From Eledone cirrhosa (lineage: Eukaryota), in NCBI GenBank assembly GCA_964016885.1, contig OZ024740.1:49352001-49416000 (forward strand): DNA of 64,000 bases. Reading direction: 5' to 3'. Below, piece after piece: positions 26,905-38,650 of the stretch (positions are counted from its first letter, which is position 1; each line of letters starts with the position of its first letter). The translations under genes were made by a program, and so were the position numbers. Under the pieces are notes generated by a model. It was not told where the DNA came from. It was given only the letters and a program-made list of their open reading frames with translations, and searched no databases.

Positions 26905-28324
26905 TATTATTAAGAGGTAATTATTTTAGAAGTTATCAATGAAATATTGGAGTATCTGTAATTTGCAGGATGATTTTATGATTTATACCTTAGAATGACT
27001 AAAATGAAATACAATTCTCCTTAGAAGGAATTGATTCATCGATCTAAAGACACCAGGTAAACGTACTTACAGTCATCCGATCTCACAATGGAACAGGTAA
27101 TGATAAATATAATTTCTATTTTAAAGTAGCAATCTTTTAAATTAATTAAATTCAGTCAACAATCTCCCCACATAATTTCCACCCAACACAATTTTACTTA
27201 TCATTACTTGTTACCTTGTCAGATCGGATGACTCTCGAAACATTTTACCTGTTGTCTTTAGATCGATGATTCAAACCCTTCTAAGGAGAATTACCTGTTT
27301 TTAAAATCATTCTAAGGTGTAAATCATAAAAACATCTTACAAATTACAGATACGCCAATATTTCCTTTGCACCTTCTAAAATAATTGCCTCTTTAATTAA
27401 CCACCTATCAATATACTCCTCTCATAAATTCCACTCAACACAATTATATTTATCTTTACATATTTTACTCTACATTAATTTCCACATATGCCTTCCCCTG
27501 GCAAATTTATTTGTTCTTTAGTCTCAGTTACTGAGGAATACACTTCATTCTTAAAATTACTTTATATAGTAACTAATTACTATCACCAACTCAATGAACA
27601 ACACAAAGAAGGTTATAAACTATACTAAAACAAGTCCAGATCCGCTACTTCTAAACTGTTTTCTGAGGTTATACAAATTCTAACGAGTCCACGGCTTCAT
27701 TTGTAGATACTAGTACATAATATCAGTAGATATGTTATTTCTCTACAGAGAAATATAGTGATGTTTCCATATTAACGAGTCAACGGTATTAGAATATGTT
27801 TTCGTTTGATAAAATGTTTCAAATATTAAATTCTTTTGAACTAAATAAACTACATTGTGATACGTCACAAAATTAGATTTGTACCAATGCTAACAGATCC
27901 ACCACTTTGAAATTATGTTCTAATGTTATGTAAATCTGTAAGATCATCGCGTACGACCCTTTTACAGTAATTATGTTATATATATTTTAACACTTACAGT
28001 AATATAGGCACGCAATATTTCCATTCTTCACGCTAGGGCCGGGAGGTGGCCAATGCCTCGTGTGTAGCACACCAGACAGCGTCCAATATACCGTCCGGCC
28101 ACCGTTTCATTGCATTAGCAATGTTTGATCACATATTTGAAGGTTTTTATGGCGGCTGTATGACGACGAGGAATGTTAGCCTGTAAAGTAATTACTAGGT
28201 GGTTTACACAACTGCCAAGGCTACCTTGTGTTCTAGAGTGATTCTAATACATTTCTATATAAGGTTTTTTTTTCAATATCTACATTCTTTTTCTTGGTGA
28301 TAAAACAAAATACAAAACCACAAG

Positions 28325-28410
28325 TCTCGCGAGACGGATTTGAAATATCGCCCGAAGGCTACCAATTAAACATTACTATAGTCGTTCTCTCCACCAATTG
28401 AGTTACAGTG
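28325..28410 (-). pseudogene. Degenerate tRNA-Tyr
   Basis: tctcgcgagacggatttgaa...ctatagtcgttctctccaccaattgag matches the reverse complement of the consensus. Confidence 0.65.
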
Positions 28411-28509
28411 CATAATATTAACTCACACCACAAGTAATGCTACAATATCAATGTTTTCTTTATGACCTCACCTATAGCTACTTAGATTACCTAACAACGA
28501 TCATTGTTG

Positions 28510-28640
28510 AATTAGTTTCTACTTTTGGCACAAAGCCACCAATTACCCCAGTGCATTACTGGTGCTTTATTTTGTCGACCCCGTAAGGATGAGAGACAAA
28601 ATTAAACTTACGCTCTAGAGATACTGCCAATCCACCGCTA
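28510..28640 (-). mobile_element. Same SINE family, internally deleted
   Basis: gtttctacttttggcaca...tttattttgtcgaccccgtaaggatga...gatactgccaatccaccgc. Confidence 0.75.
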
Positions 28641-28908
28641 TTAACGATAGTAGAATAATTTCGTTTGATAAGATATTTCAAATATTTATTTGTTCTAAAC
28701 TAAACCGAGTTCTTTAATGTGATAATTGAGAAAATAATATTTGAACTAATGCCGGGTTAATACTTTAGAACATTCGTAAAATTTGGGATAATACCATGTT
28801 GTAGACCACATTATACGCGACGTGTGTTTTGAAATGTTGACACAGTCAGTTGACTTGATGAACAAGACTTAGGTATTGTAGCATTACTTTAAGAAAGGTA
28901 TCAAGCAC

Positions 28909-28996
28909 CTCACGATAGCTCAGTTGGTAGAGCGGAGGACTGTAGTAGTATTTACTTGTTATCCTTAGGTCGATGGTTCGAATCTGTCTCGCGAGA
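28909..28996 (+). tRNA. tRNA-Tyr-GTA: tRNA-Tyr(GTA), near-intact variant
   Basis: CTCACGA 5' strand gives an A.C mismatch in the acceptor stem and there is an extra G.U in the T-stem; otherwise complete with intron. Confidence 0.65.
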
Positions 28997-29020
28997 CTTT
29001 GTTTTTGCTATTTCATCAAA

Positions 29021-29133
29021 TAATTGTTTCTACTTTTGGCACAAGGCCATCAATTACCTAGTACATTACTGGTACTTTATTTTATTGACCCCGTAAGGAT
29101 GAAAGGCAAAGTTAACCTCGGCGGAATTTGAAC
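29021..29133 (-). mobile_element. Same SINE family, 5'-truncated
   Basis: aattgtttctacttttggcacaaggcc...ccccgtaaggatgaaaggcaaagttaacctcggcggaatttgaact. Confidence 0.8.
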
Positions 29134-29788
29134 TATTTCATCAAATAATACTTGAATATCTATGACATGTTTATGATGTCAAATGACTGTATCGCCGATA
29201 CAATAATAACATTCTTTACAATGACACACATATCGTTTACTTTGGTCCTATAACATGGTATTATCTAAAAGATTAACAATTCTTTAATGTAAAAACCAGC
29301 ATTACTCCAACTATAATTTTCTGAATTATCACATTAAAAAGGTTGACTCAGTTTTAAAGAAATTAATAATATTTGGAATATTTTATCAAATAATACTCTG
29401 ATACCATTGTTAAATTTATGTATATTAAATTATTATAATAATGTATATAGAAGTGTCATTAACTGTATTTAAATACCAAGAAAATTCCTGATGAAATGTT
29501 CCTAGGCCTCCCTTTCAAACATATGTTCATAATGTCTTTAAATCATTGAAACATCAATATATTTCTCTGTATAGAAATAAAACATCAACTAACCTTATAT
29601 TATTACTGAAAACAAATTTATATACTTCAGTTATTGACACGAAGTTACCCAAAGGTAACTGGTAAATGATACTACAACCTAAGGATTCCCCAAAGTAATA
29701 CTACAATACCTATGTCCTGTTTATCATGTCAAATGACTGTGTCAATATTTCATAACATCACAGAGTTAAAGGCAGTATGTTTATATTT

Positions 29789-29871
29789 GACGGTTTCTAA
29801 CCATCAACCTAAGGATAACTGGTAAATGATACTACTACAGTCCACCGCTCTACCAACTGAGACTTCGTGAG
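29789..29871 (-). pseudogene. Degenerate tRNA-Tyr, 3' end lost
   Basis: cctaaggataactggtaaatgatactactacagtccaccgctctaccaactgag. Confidence 0.8.
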
Positions 29872-30708
29872 GTGCTTGTTACTCTTCCTTAAATAATGCT
29901 ACAATACCTGTGTCTTGTTTATCATGTTAACTGACTGTCAACATTTCATAACACACTCCTATAGTTTGGTCATACAACATGGTATTATCCCAAATGTTAC
30001 GAATATTTTAAAGTATGAACCTAACATTAGTTCAAATAATATTTTCTCAATTATTACATTAAAGAAGTCGATTTAGTTTAGAAGAAATACATATTTGAGA
30101 TATGTTAAAAGAATGTGTATTATTCTAATACAGTTGGTAATTAAATTTGACTCATGTATAATTAAGTCTGGACTGATATAGAGGTGTCATCAACATTTAC
30201 TAGTTAAATACCATCACAGTTTCTGTTCTAAACACATTTCCACCCCGTATCAAATATGAACATACTGTCTTTAAATCATTGAAATATCAGCATAGTCTTC
30301 TCTGTATAGAAATGTAACATCTACTGATCTTATATACCAGTAATTACATTTGAAACCGGATTTTATATACTTTAGAAACTGATTTGAAAATATGTAAAGA
30401 AACGTACGCTGAAATATTTCTGATAGACTGTATCAACTAATTCAATTATGACCGTTGTTATGTAATCTCTGTAGTGATAGGTGTAACATTTGATCCATTG
30501 ATCTTAAAACAACAGATAACCAATTCTCCAGTAATCCACTCTAACAACAGGACATTATAATATAAATATAATTGTGTTGAGTGGAATTTATTTGAACAGA
30601 TTGTTTACAGTATTTAATTAATATAAAACATTGGTGTTTCAAGACTGAAACATGAATACTAAATACTAAATACTGAATAATTTGAAAGATGACTGCATGA
30701 TTTACTTG

Positions 30709-30773
30709 CGACCTAAGGTGACTACTACTACCACTACTACAGGCCTGCCCTCTACCAACTGAGCTACCGCGAG
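30709..30773 (-). pseudogene. Partial tRNA-Tyr (T arm deleted)
   Basis: cgacctaagg...ctacaggcctgccctctaccaactgagctaccgcgag. Confidence 0.7.
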
Positions 30774-31349
30774 ATGTTTGCATCTCTATCAAAAATAATC
30801 CCATAAAATAATGCCCTTTCATGACGTCAAATGTCTCTCCTACCCATTTTATAATCACATATTTTGAAAAGATACACAAATCGTGTAATTTTAGTATGGT
30901 ATTATCTCGAAAATTACCAATACTTTGAAATAAGAAACTAACATTGGTTCAAGTCTAATGTGAATTATCTCATTAAGAAGGCCGAATCATTTTCGAAGTA
31001 TTTAAACATATTTGAAATATTTTATCAATCGAAAGAGTATTCTAGTACCATTGACTCATTAAAACTGACCACTTACTTTCAGTCTTGTATAAGTCAGTCT
31101 GGACGGATAGTGTATACAGAGGTGTCATTAATTGTAGTTAAATACTATGAAATTTCCTGTTGAAAAGATCCAACCGCTCCCTATCAAACATGTCATTAAT
31201 ATATTGAAACATCAATACATTTTTTTCTATCGGAGTATAATATCTACAGACGGTATATATATATATATATATATATATTAATTGCATTTATAAACATATT
31301 TCATATACTACAAAAATTGTTTCAAAAACTAATTTACTGCGTTTGAAAC

Positions 31350-31970
31350 CACCCACTCTCAGCCCATTACTTGCTTCTGACGGTTCACCTATCGAAATGG
31401 TTCAACTATTTGAATGTCTGGGTGGTTACACTGGCTCCTTGCATGATATGACCACCGGAATTTGTCAAACATGGAGTGCAATAAATTATTTACAAAAGGT
31501 GTAGAAAGCTGCCATCTCAAGATCTACAAAGTGCAAATTTTGAAAGATACGGTGGAAACCATCTTACTACATCGTTTAGAACCACGGACACTCAGTATCG
31601 CTTCCTCAAGAAGAATTGATGGTTCCTACACCAAGAAGTTACATGTATTGTTCAATATTTCGTGGCAAAGTGACACTACTAACAAATATCTTTATGGTGA
31701 TCTGCCACGAGTTTCATCGAAATATCGATCCCGTCCCTTGGCTCCTGCTGGTCATGTTCCCCGCTATAATGAATCTGCAGGGAAACTGTTTTATGGTCAC
31801 CAGATGCAAAGCGTCGAGTGGGTCGCTCAATATATCCACTAGGACCCTCTTGGCAAGGGGCACTGGCCTCACTGGACGAGATCTTCCTGCTGTGGTGAGA
31901 GATCGGGAAGTCTGGAACAAGAATGTTTTGCATTCTTCATTGGAAGGATGACGGAAGAAGACGAGATGTA
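31350..31970 (+). mobile_element. RTE-clade LINE, degenerate RT C-terminal fragment
   Basis: Frameshifted translation gives TNKYLYGDLPRVSSKYRSRPLAPAGHVPRY...RRVGR...DLPAVVRDREVW, typical of the RTE ORF C-terminus. Confidence 0.75.
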
Positions 31971-32221
31971 ATTGTTATAAAGATTCGTAATGAAATGTTT
32001 GTTGAAACATGTCAGATAGACTGTACAAACCAATTGATGCATGGCAGTTGTAAGGTAACCAGATCACACATTCAGAAAATTATTCCTGGAAAAGGTTTGG
32101 GTCCCTAGTAAAACGTATTGGCCATGTTAGATCTAATATGAAACCGTCGGCGACAGAAACATTTGAGTTCATAAACAAGACATAGATATTGTTGCATTAT
32201 TTTTGGCGCAGCTAAAAACAC

Positions 32222-32309
32222 CTGGCGATAGTTCGGTTGGTAGAGTGGAGGATTGTAGTAGTATTTACCTATTATCCTTGGGTCGATGGTTTGAGTCCAT
32301 CTAGCGAGA
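32222..32309 (+). pseudogene. Degenerate tRNA-Tyr
   Basis: ctggcgatagttcggttggtagagtggaggattgtagtagtatttacc...ggtttgagtccatctagcgaga; many transitions. Confidence 0.8.
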
Positions 32310-32885
32310 ATTGTATTTTTCCATTTTCACACTATTTCAGTTTCGGTTTTAAAATAACAATCTTTCAAATTAATTAACTGTTGTTAACAATCTCCACACA
32401 AACTTCACACAATACTATTATATTTAACATCACACGTTGCATTGTTAAAGCGAAGTACTATTGAAAGTTGTCTGTAGATCGATGATTCAAGTCTTTCTCA
32501 GGAGAATTGTATTTTGTTTTACTAAATCTATGTCATAAATTATTAAAGTATTCTCTAAATTACAGATTCTCTAATATTTCATTGATTCATTTAAAAATAA
32601 TTAAAATGAAATATATTCTGCAGTAACTGAGATTATTGAGAGAACAAAGATACCTGCCAGGTGTGGACATTGATGTACGAGTATCGACTGAAAATGTTAA
32701 AGGCTGTCCAAGACACTCTCATGGAATGACCAAATGAGGTTTATTTTACCACATATTCCCTGAACAATGCAGTTATTAATAAGAAGAGCTGAAATGAAGG
32801 CCTAGCATCACTAGACAGCCTACAAACGTTTCAGCTTATCCTCGTTGTATAGACAAAAATGTCGTGCAAATCACTAAGACACAAT

Positions 32886-32973
32886 TCTCTCTAGATGGAT
32901 TCGAACATTCGACGTAAGGATAACTGGTAAACCCCACTACAGCCCTCAGTTCTATGAACTGAGCTATCACAAG
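32886..32973 (-). pseudogene. Degenerate tRNA-Tyr
   Basis: ggattcgaacattcgacgtaaggataactggtaaa...ctacagccctc...aactgagctatcacaag. Confidence 0.7.
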
Positions 32974-33030
32974 TACGCAAAACCTATTACGCAAATAATG
33001 CTACAATACTAATGTTTTCTTAATGACGTT

Positions 33031-33108
33031 AAAATAGCAATCAAAGAACTCAAATGTGGCAAGGCCGCTCGGGAGGATGAAATTCGTCCCGAGATGTTAA
33101 AAGACTTA
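33031..33108 (+). mobile_element. LINE RT fragment
   Basis: Translates KIAIKELKCGKAAREDEIRPEMLKDL, matching the AIxxLKxGKAxGxDxIxxEMLK motif upstream of non-LTR RT domains. Confidence 0.7.
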
Positions 33109-33155
33109 ATGAGACATAGATATTGTAGTATTATTTTCGGTCAGATATCAAATAC

Positions 33156-33243
33156 CTCGTGATGGCTCAGTTGGTAGAGCGGAGGACTGTAGTAGTACTT
33201 AACTGTTATCCTTAGGTCAATGGTTCGAAATCGTCTCGCGATA
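33156..33243 (+). pseudogene. tRNA-Tyr variant, probably a pseudogene
   Basis: Full length, but T-stem mismatches and G72>T break the C1:G72 pair. Confidence 0.75.
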
Positions 33244-36220
33244 GTTATATTTTTCTATTTTATTACAGGTAAATCATGAAAACCTCTTCACACGACTAAC
33301 TACAGATTTAAATGAATCTGATTATTGAATCAATAATGACGTCATAAACAATATATTGGTTTTGTAGCACTATTTGTAAGGGTATATTAAGGAGCTTGAG
33401 ATAATTCAATTGGTAGACTCGACCACTGTAGTAGTGTTTATGTTGTCCTTAGGTTGATGGTTTAAATCCGTCTCGCGGATAGGGATTTTGTGTTATATTT
33501 TAATCATTATGCTATATTCCACACTATGTTAACTTTTACACATACCTTTACCTATCAAATGTATTTTTTCAATAAATGTGAAATACATGTCATCTTTGTA
33601 AATATATTCAGATAGTAGTAACAATCATCACCTGACTAATTCCAAAACCTTTCTCAGTAACACAAAAGATGTTTTACTTAATATTGTAACAACCCCAAAC
33701 ATTCAACCTCTAACTTCTGTTATCTTTACATTTATCCTCTAAATATGACTGAGGATGATATACTTCCACAGATGTATTCAATATGTCTCAACGTATACAA
33801 GATTGTAAGATATTCCCGTTCTCTTTCGGTTGATTAAATATTACAAAATGTAATGTCTTCGAAATGGAGGCAATCTCCTTAATGTGATATTAGGATAGGC
33901 GTGTTTTATTTGTTATAAAGCAACCATTCCAAACATTCAGAAGTCTTCAATAAAATGTTGGTTTCTAATGGAATGGTATAGTCTGTTTTCAGCTAATACC
34001 ATTGTGAAGAAAGTGAATATTGAATAATTGACTCAATCATTTGATGTCATAAAGAAATATTTGGTATTGTGACATTTATTACATTCAGCGTAAAGACATT
34101 CTAATGTAGTCGACTTATTAATTTAAAAATTGACTTCAACACACCGTCTGAACTGATAGTGTATATGGTGGTGCCATCAATTTCAGTTAAATAGGATGAA
34201 ATCTTCTGTTCAAAACACCCTACCGTCTCCTCACAAATATGGAGGCATTGATCAGGTGAGTCTAGAGGTCTCTAATCGCTTGAAGTTGCGCACTCGATCT
34301 CCATTACATTATTTACCTCTGATCAACACATCAGAATACGAAGATATAAAATAATTCACTCGAGACAAGATATATATATAGAAGAGTAGCGTATAATCAA
34401 AACAATAACATCAATAATAAAATATATATGATAAATAGGTAGAGAAGTTACAGATGTAAAAAGTAAAAAGTAAAGATAAGAAAAGATACATTAAAAAAGT
34501 AAGAAAATAAGAAAATGGAAAATATAAAGAAAAAAATAAGGATAAGTGGGAGCATGTAAGTACAAGGTATGCTTGTGGTGGTGGTGAGTAAGTATTCTTA
34601 TAAGGATTCTGTGGTGGGTTTAGTGCTAACATGAAAATCCATATTCGAAACATACATAGATACGTATAGAGAGTCTAATGTAGTGACAGATAAAAGAAAA
34701 AAGAAAAAAAGCAATAAATTAGAGATTAATTGGGGGATACAAGTATGATATTTAAGGGTTAAGGGTGGATGGTGAAGGGAGGTTTGATAAATGTGTGTGG
34801 TAAATGTTATGCTGATTGTCTTGTCTTAATGGGGTTGATGCTGTTTCAGGGAAAGAGGGTGAAAGAAATGTTAAGAGATTTATGATCTAGTGACCAGTTG
34901 GCCGTTTGACAGTTAATAGCCGTGTGATGGTGTGCATTCCATATGCTAAAATCCAGGTGGTTCAGTTCTAATTTTGGGATTGCTGGTTCGAATCAGGGTG
35001 GTTTGAAGTTTGTGAATCTAATAGCTATTTTATGCCTACAGAAAATTGATCTTTCTATTTTGCTGTTAAGCAGCATCTTATCGTACCTTAAAATATGGAA
35101 TAGTTCTAAATTACAAAGTCCGCAGTGGGACATTCCGTTGCTGTAGGCCCTTGCTACCGATAATTTTGACCAGCTAATCTTATATTCCTGGTTTGTGTTT
35201 TTAAACTGCCTGATTTTATTGGCGAGCGTCATAGAGTTCTCCAGTCTGCAGTTCTTCATGGAGTGTCTGTGGATGTACCACCTTTTCTTGAACTCCCCAA
35301 CCGTGGAACCTATGTAGTGCCAAGTAGAGTTGCCTGAATTTACAGTACACAGGTACACCATACTCGAATCCAGGCATCTATTTTGTAGTGGGCACTTATC
35401 TGGTAGGTGGCAATTACAATTGAAGGTTTTTCTGTGTTCAGGTTCTCCGTTGCGGTTTTGTAAGTTGATGTGGGCGGGTTGCGATTTAGGCCTATTAGCG
35501 TTTTGTTGTGATGCGCTCTGATGTGTTTGTGGTTGCGATGTTGTTATGTGTTTGCGTTTTGTATTTGGTGCTATGGTGTATGTTGGTGGGTTAATTTCTT
35601 TAGAGATATTTTTGTGGTTGATTTTACGTATGTGTGACTCTATATTGGCTGCAGTCGAGTAAGAGAGTTTTATAGTTTTTCTATTAAAGATTCTATGGTA
35701 TTTGTGTAGTTTAGGGAAGTGCTTGTCTATTAGCTTAAAGAATGTAGAAGGTTGTTTATTTTTTAAAGAGAAGTTGAATATTGGATTGAACCATAGGTAT
35801 TTTCTATCTCTGGATCTTCTATAGTTTTTGGGGGTCCCTATATTAGTGTTCGGTTCAGTTATTTTTGGTTCTCGTTGTCTAATTCCATGATTAGCCCTAT
35901 GCTTGTTATTTCTATAGGTGCAGTTAGTGTAGTTGTCGTTAGGTTTGTTGCTGCTGTCTCTATCTAGTATATATTCCAGCTCCTCCTTATGTCCAGCCTT
36001 ATGTGAAGCTATGTTATAATAGTTTGCGTGTTCGTTAAAAATCTCTATGTTAGAAGATAGGCGAGCTATTCTGAGGGATATACTATGTGCTATGGAGTTA
36101 ATTATGGATCTGGGGTGGATTGAGTTATAACTAATGTAGGCTAGATTCCCGTTATTTTGTATGGAAGGACTCTATTAATCCTGTATTTAGTTGAGTGTTA
36201 CATCTAAGAAATTTGCTTTT

Positions 36221-36819
36221 TTAGAGTTAAGTTCGAAAGTGACACCTAGGCCTAGTTTGTTGAAGAAGACTGATGTTTTTTCGTAATTTTTCCATATTTT
36301 GATTATTTAAGTTTTTGTCTAAAAGGAGTGTGTCGTCTCTGTAAATTCCTCCCTGGAGGTTATTGAATGCTTTATGTAAGTTGTGCGCTATATATATTCC
36401 CACCAAGTCCGTTACCTGCGCTGAGTCGTTAGATCCCATTGTGATATCGAAGCTATTCTGCGTGTTTTTTTCTTTCCCAGTAACTATTTTCGAATCTAAT
36501 GATAGTCCTCCTAGCAGCTAGTATTATTTTAATTTCGTCCGAGGTAAGGTCCGAATTTTTTTGGGCAAAGGCTAGCGTTTTATATATATATATATACACA
36601 ATGGGATCTAACGACTCAGCGCAGGTAACGGACTTGGTGGGAATATATATGGCGCACAACTTACATAATGAATTCAATAACCTCCAGGGAGGAATTTACA
36701 GAGACGACACACTCCTTTTAGCCAAAAACTTAAATAATCAAAACATGGAAAAATTACGAAAAAACATCAGTCTTCTTCAACAAACTAGGCCTAGGTATCA
36801 CGTTCGAACTTAACTCTAA
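36221..36819. repeat. Inverted duplication of an RT segment (arms 36,221-36,442 and 36,598-36,819)
   Basis: Near-identical ORFs on opposite strands (36227..36439 minus; 36601..36813 plus). Confidence 0.92.
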
Positions 36820-36826
36820 CTTTGTT

Positions 36827-36877
36827 AGTTTCAGAAGATCCCGTTAAGGGTGAAAGCAGCGATTCTTTGCTTAAACT
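36827..36877 (+). ncRNA. Type I hammerhead ribozyme motif, core mutated (CAGAAGA)
   Basis: agttt-CAGAAGA-t.ccc gttaa ggg.t-GAAA-gca gcgattctt tgc-TT-aaact; stems I, II and III all pair. Confidence 0.65.
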
Positions 36878-36915
36878 TTAATCTGTTATTTTAATATATA
36901 TATATATACATATAC

Positions 36916-36954
<39 letters not shown>

Positions 36955-37077
36955 CATATGTATATATATATGTATATTCCTAACGATCGACTTTCGGCAA
37001 ACCAGACCGAGGAAACAGTGTTTCCATTGGTCTTTCCAATTGCTAATACTATCTATCGGTCGCAACTCCCGTAGAAG

Positions 37078-37166
37078 GAGCAACGTGAAATAAAGTGTCT
37101 TGCTCAAGGACATAACGCATCGCCCGGTCCAGGAATCGAACTCACAACCTCACGATTGCGAATCCT
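37078..37166 (-). mobile_element. tRNA-derived SINE 5' fragment (CORE/V-like)
   Basis: Reverse complement: gaggttgtgagttcgattcctggacc...tgtccttgagcaagacacttt; B box plus CORE-like motif. Confidence 0.7.
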
Positions 37167-37170
37167 ATAT

Positions 37171-37208
<38 letters not shown>

Positions 37209-37293
37209 GTAGATCCCGGGTTGAGTCGGGGATAACCACAGTAAGTAAGGTACTCAATACATGGCAGAGTAAATTTTTTTATTTTATAGAAGG

Positions 37294-37344
37294 AGCTTCT
37301 ACAGGACTAGTACTGTTTCATTCAGATGAAATCTTCAGGAAGCT
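37294..37344 (-). ncRNA. Type I hammerhead ribozyme motif
   Basis: Reverse complement: agcttc-CTGAAGA-t.ttca tc tgaa.t-GAAA-cag tactagtc ctg-TA-gaagct. Confidence 0.82.
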
Positions 37345-37789
37345 GGGTGTCATATTAAGTTCTGGTATTTATACATTTAGGTAGTGGTAAGGGAGGGGTG
37401 GTGGATGGGGGGGGGGGTATTTAGATACACAAGACCACTTCATGGCACAGGCCGTTTTTTCTATGGGGAGTGGTCAATTAGCCAGAGTGCTTTTTTGAAA
37501 TAAATGAATAAGTAAATAAATAAATAAATGAATAAATAAATAGATAAATGAATAAATAAATAAAATAAATAAATGAATAAATAAATAAAAACCTCAAGAA
37601 TAGTAATTCAACAGATATATAATAGGGAAATTTTTTAGGTGGGTTGGTAATAAAAATTAAACATTTAACAAGACCGATTCATGGCACAGACTGGGGTGAG
37701 TGGTCAAGTTAACATACAAGCCACAGGTGGCCAGAGTGTTTTTGTAGGATGGAAAGAATAAAATATATTAACATACTCACAACCACATA

Positions 37790-37892
37790 CAAAAACACTT
37801 ACACACTCACACATATACATATATACTTATATATATATACATATGTGTGTGTGTGTGTGTGCACACCTACACATTCACACACATATACACAT

Positions 37893-37957
<65 letters not shown>

Positions 37958-38145
37958 TGTATGCGCATACACATACACACACACACACATACATATACAC
38001 ACACACACACATACATACATACACATATATACATATATACACAGGAAAAACACAAACACACAAATATACACACACACACGCATACACATACACACACATA
38101 TATATATATATATATCTACACATACACACGCGCGCATACACAAAC

Positions 38146-38180
<35 letters not shown>

Positions 38181-38197
38181 CATATATATGCATACAT

Positions 38198-38245
<48 letters not shown>

Positions 38246-38422
38246 CTACAAGTACGTATGTCTCTCTCGTGTAAACTATACTATACATACACATACATAC
38301 ACACAAACACATACATTCACACATATATATACATATATACACATACACACACACATACATATATAATCTCATATATATATATATATATATATACATATAC
38401 ACATATATACCCATACATATAC

Positions 38423-38484
<62 letters not shown>

Positions 38485-38650
38485 ATACATATACATACAT
38501 ATACATACACACACACACATATATATATATACGTATATACATACACACGCATACACATTTACAAGCAAACACGCATACATACACATACATACATACAAAT
38601 AAGTACACAAACGCATATGCACAAACACGCACTCGTTCGCACTCATACAT
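37790..38650. repeat. Compound (CA)n/(TA)n microsatellite
   Basis: Seen directly. Confidence 0.95.

Larger units (their letters stand above)
34251..36890 (-). mobile_element. Penelope-like element A (5'-truncated, frameshifted RT + GIY-YIG, with inverted 5' segment)
   Basis: RT motifs MGSNDSAQVTDLVGIY and GIYRDD (36,227-36,590); EN with VYxCxV...YIGST..FKKRW..H...CGLCNLE...LLNSKIE at 34,993-35,361. Interrupts array-type sequence at 34,250. Confidence 0.88.

Noticed and set aside
34251-34990. Expected hammerhead in the 3' region of PLE A
   Set aside because: No CTGANGA...GAAA with pairing stems was found on the element strand by eye.
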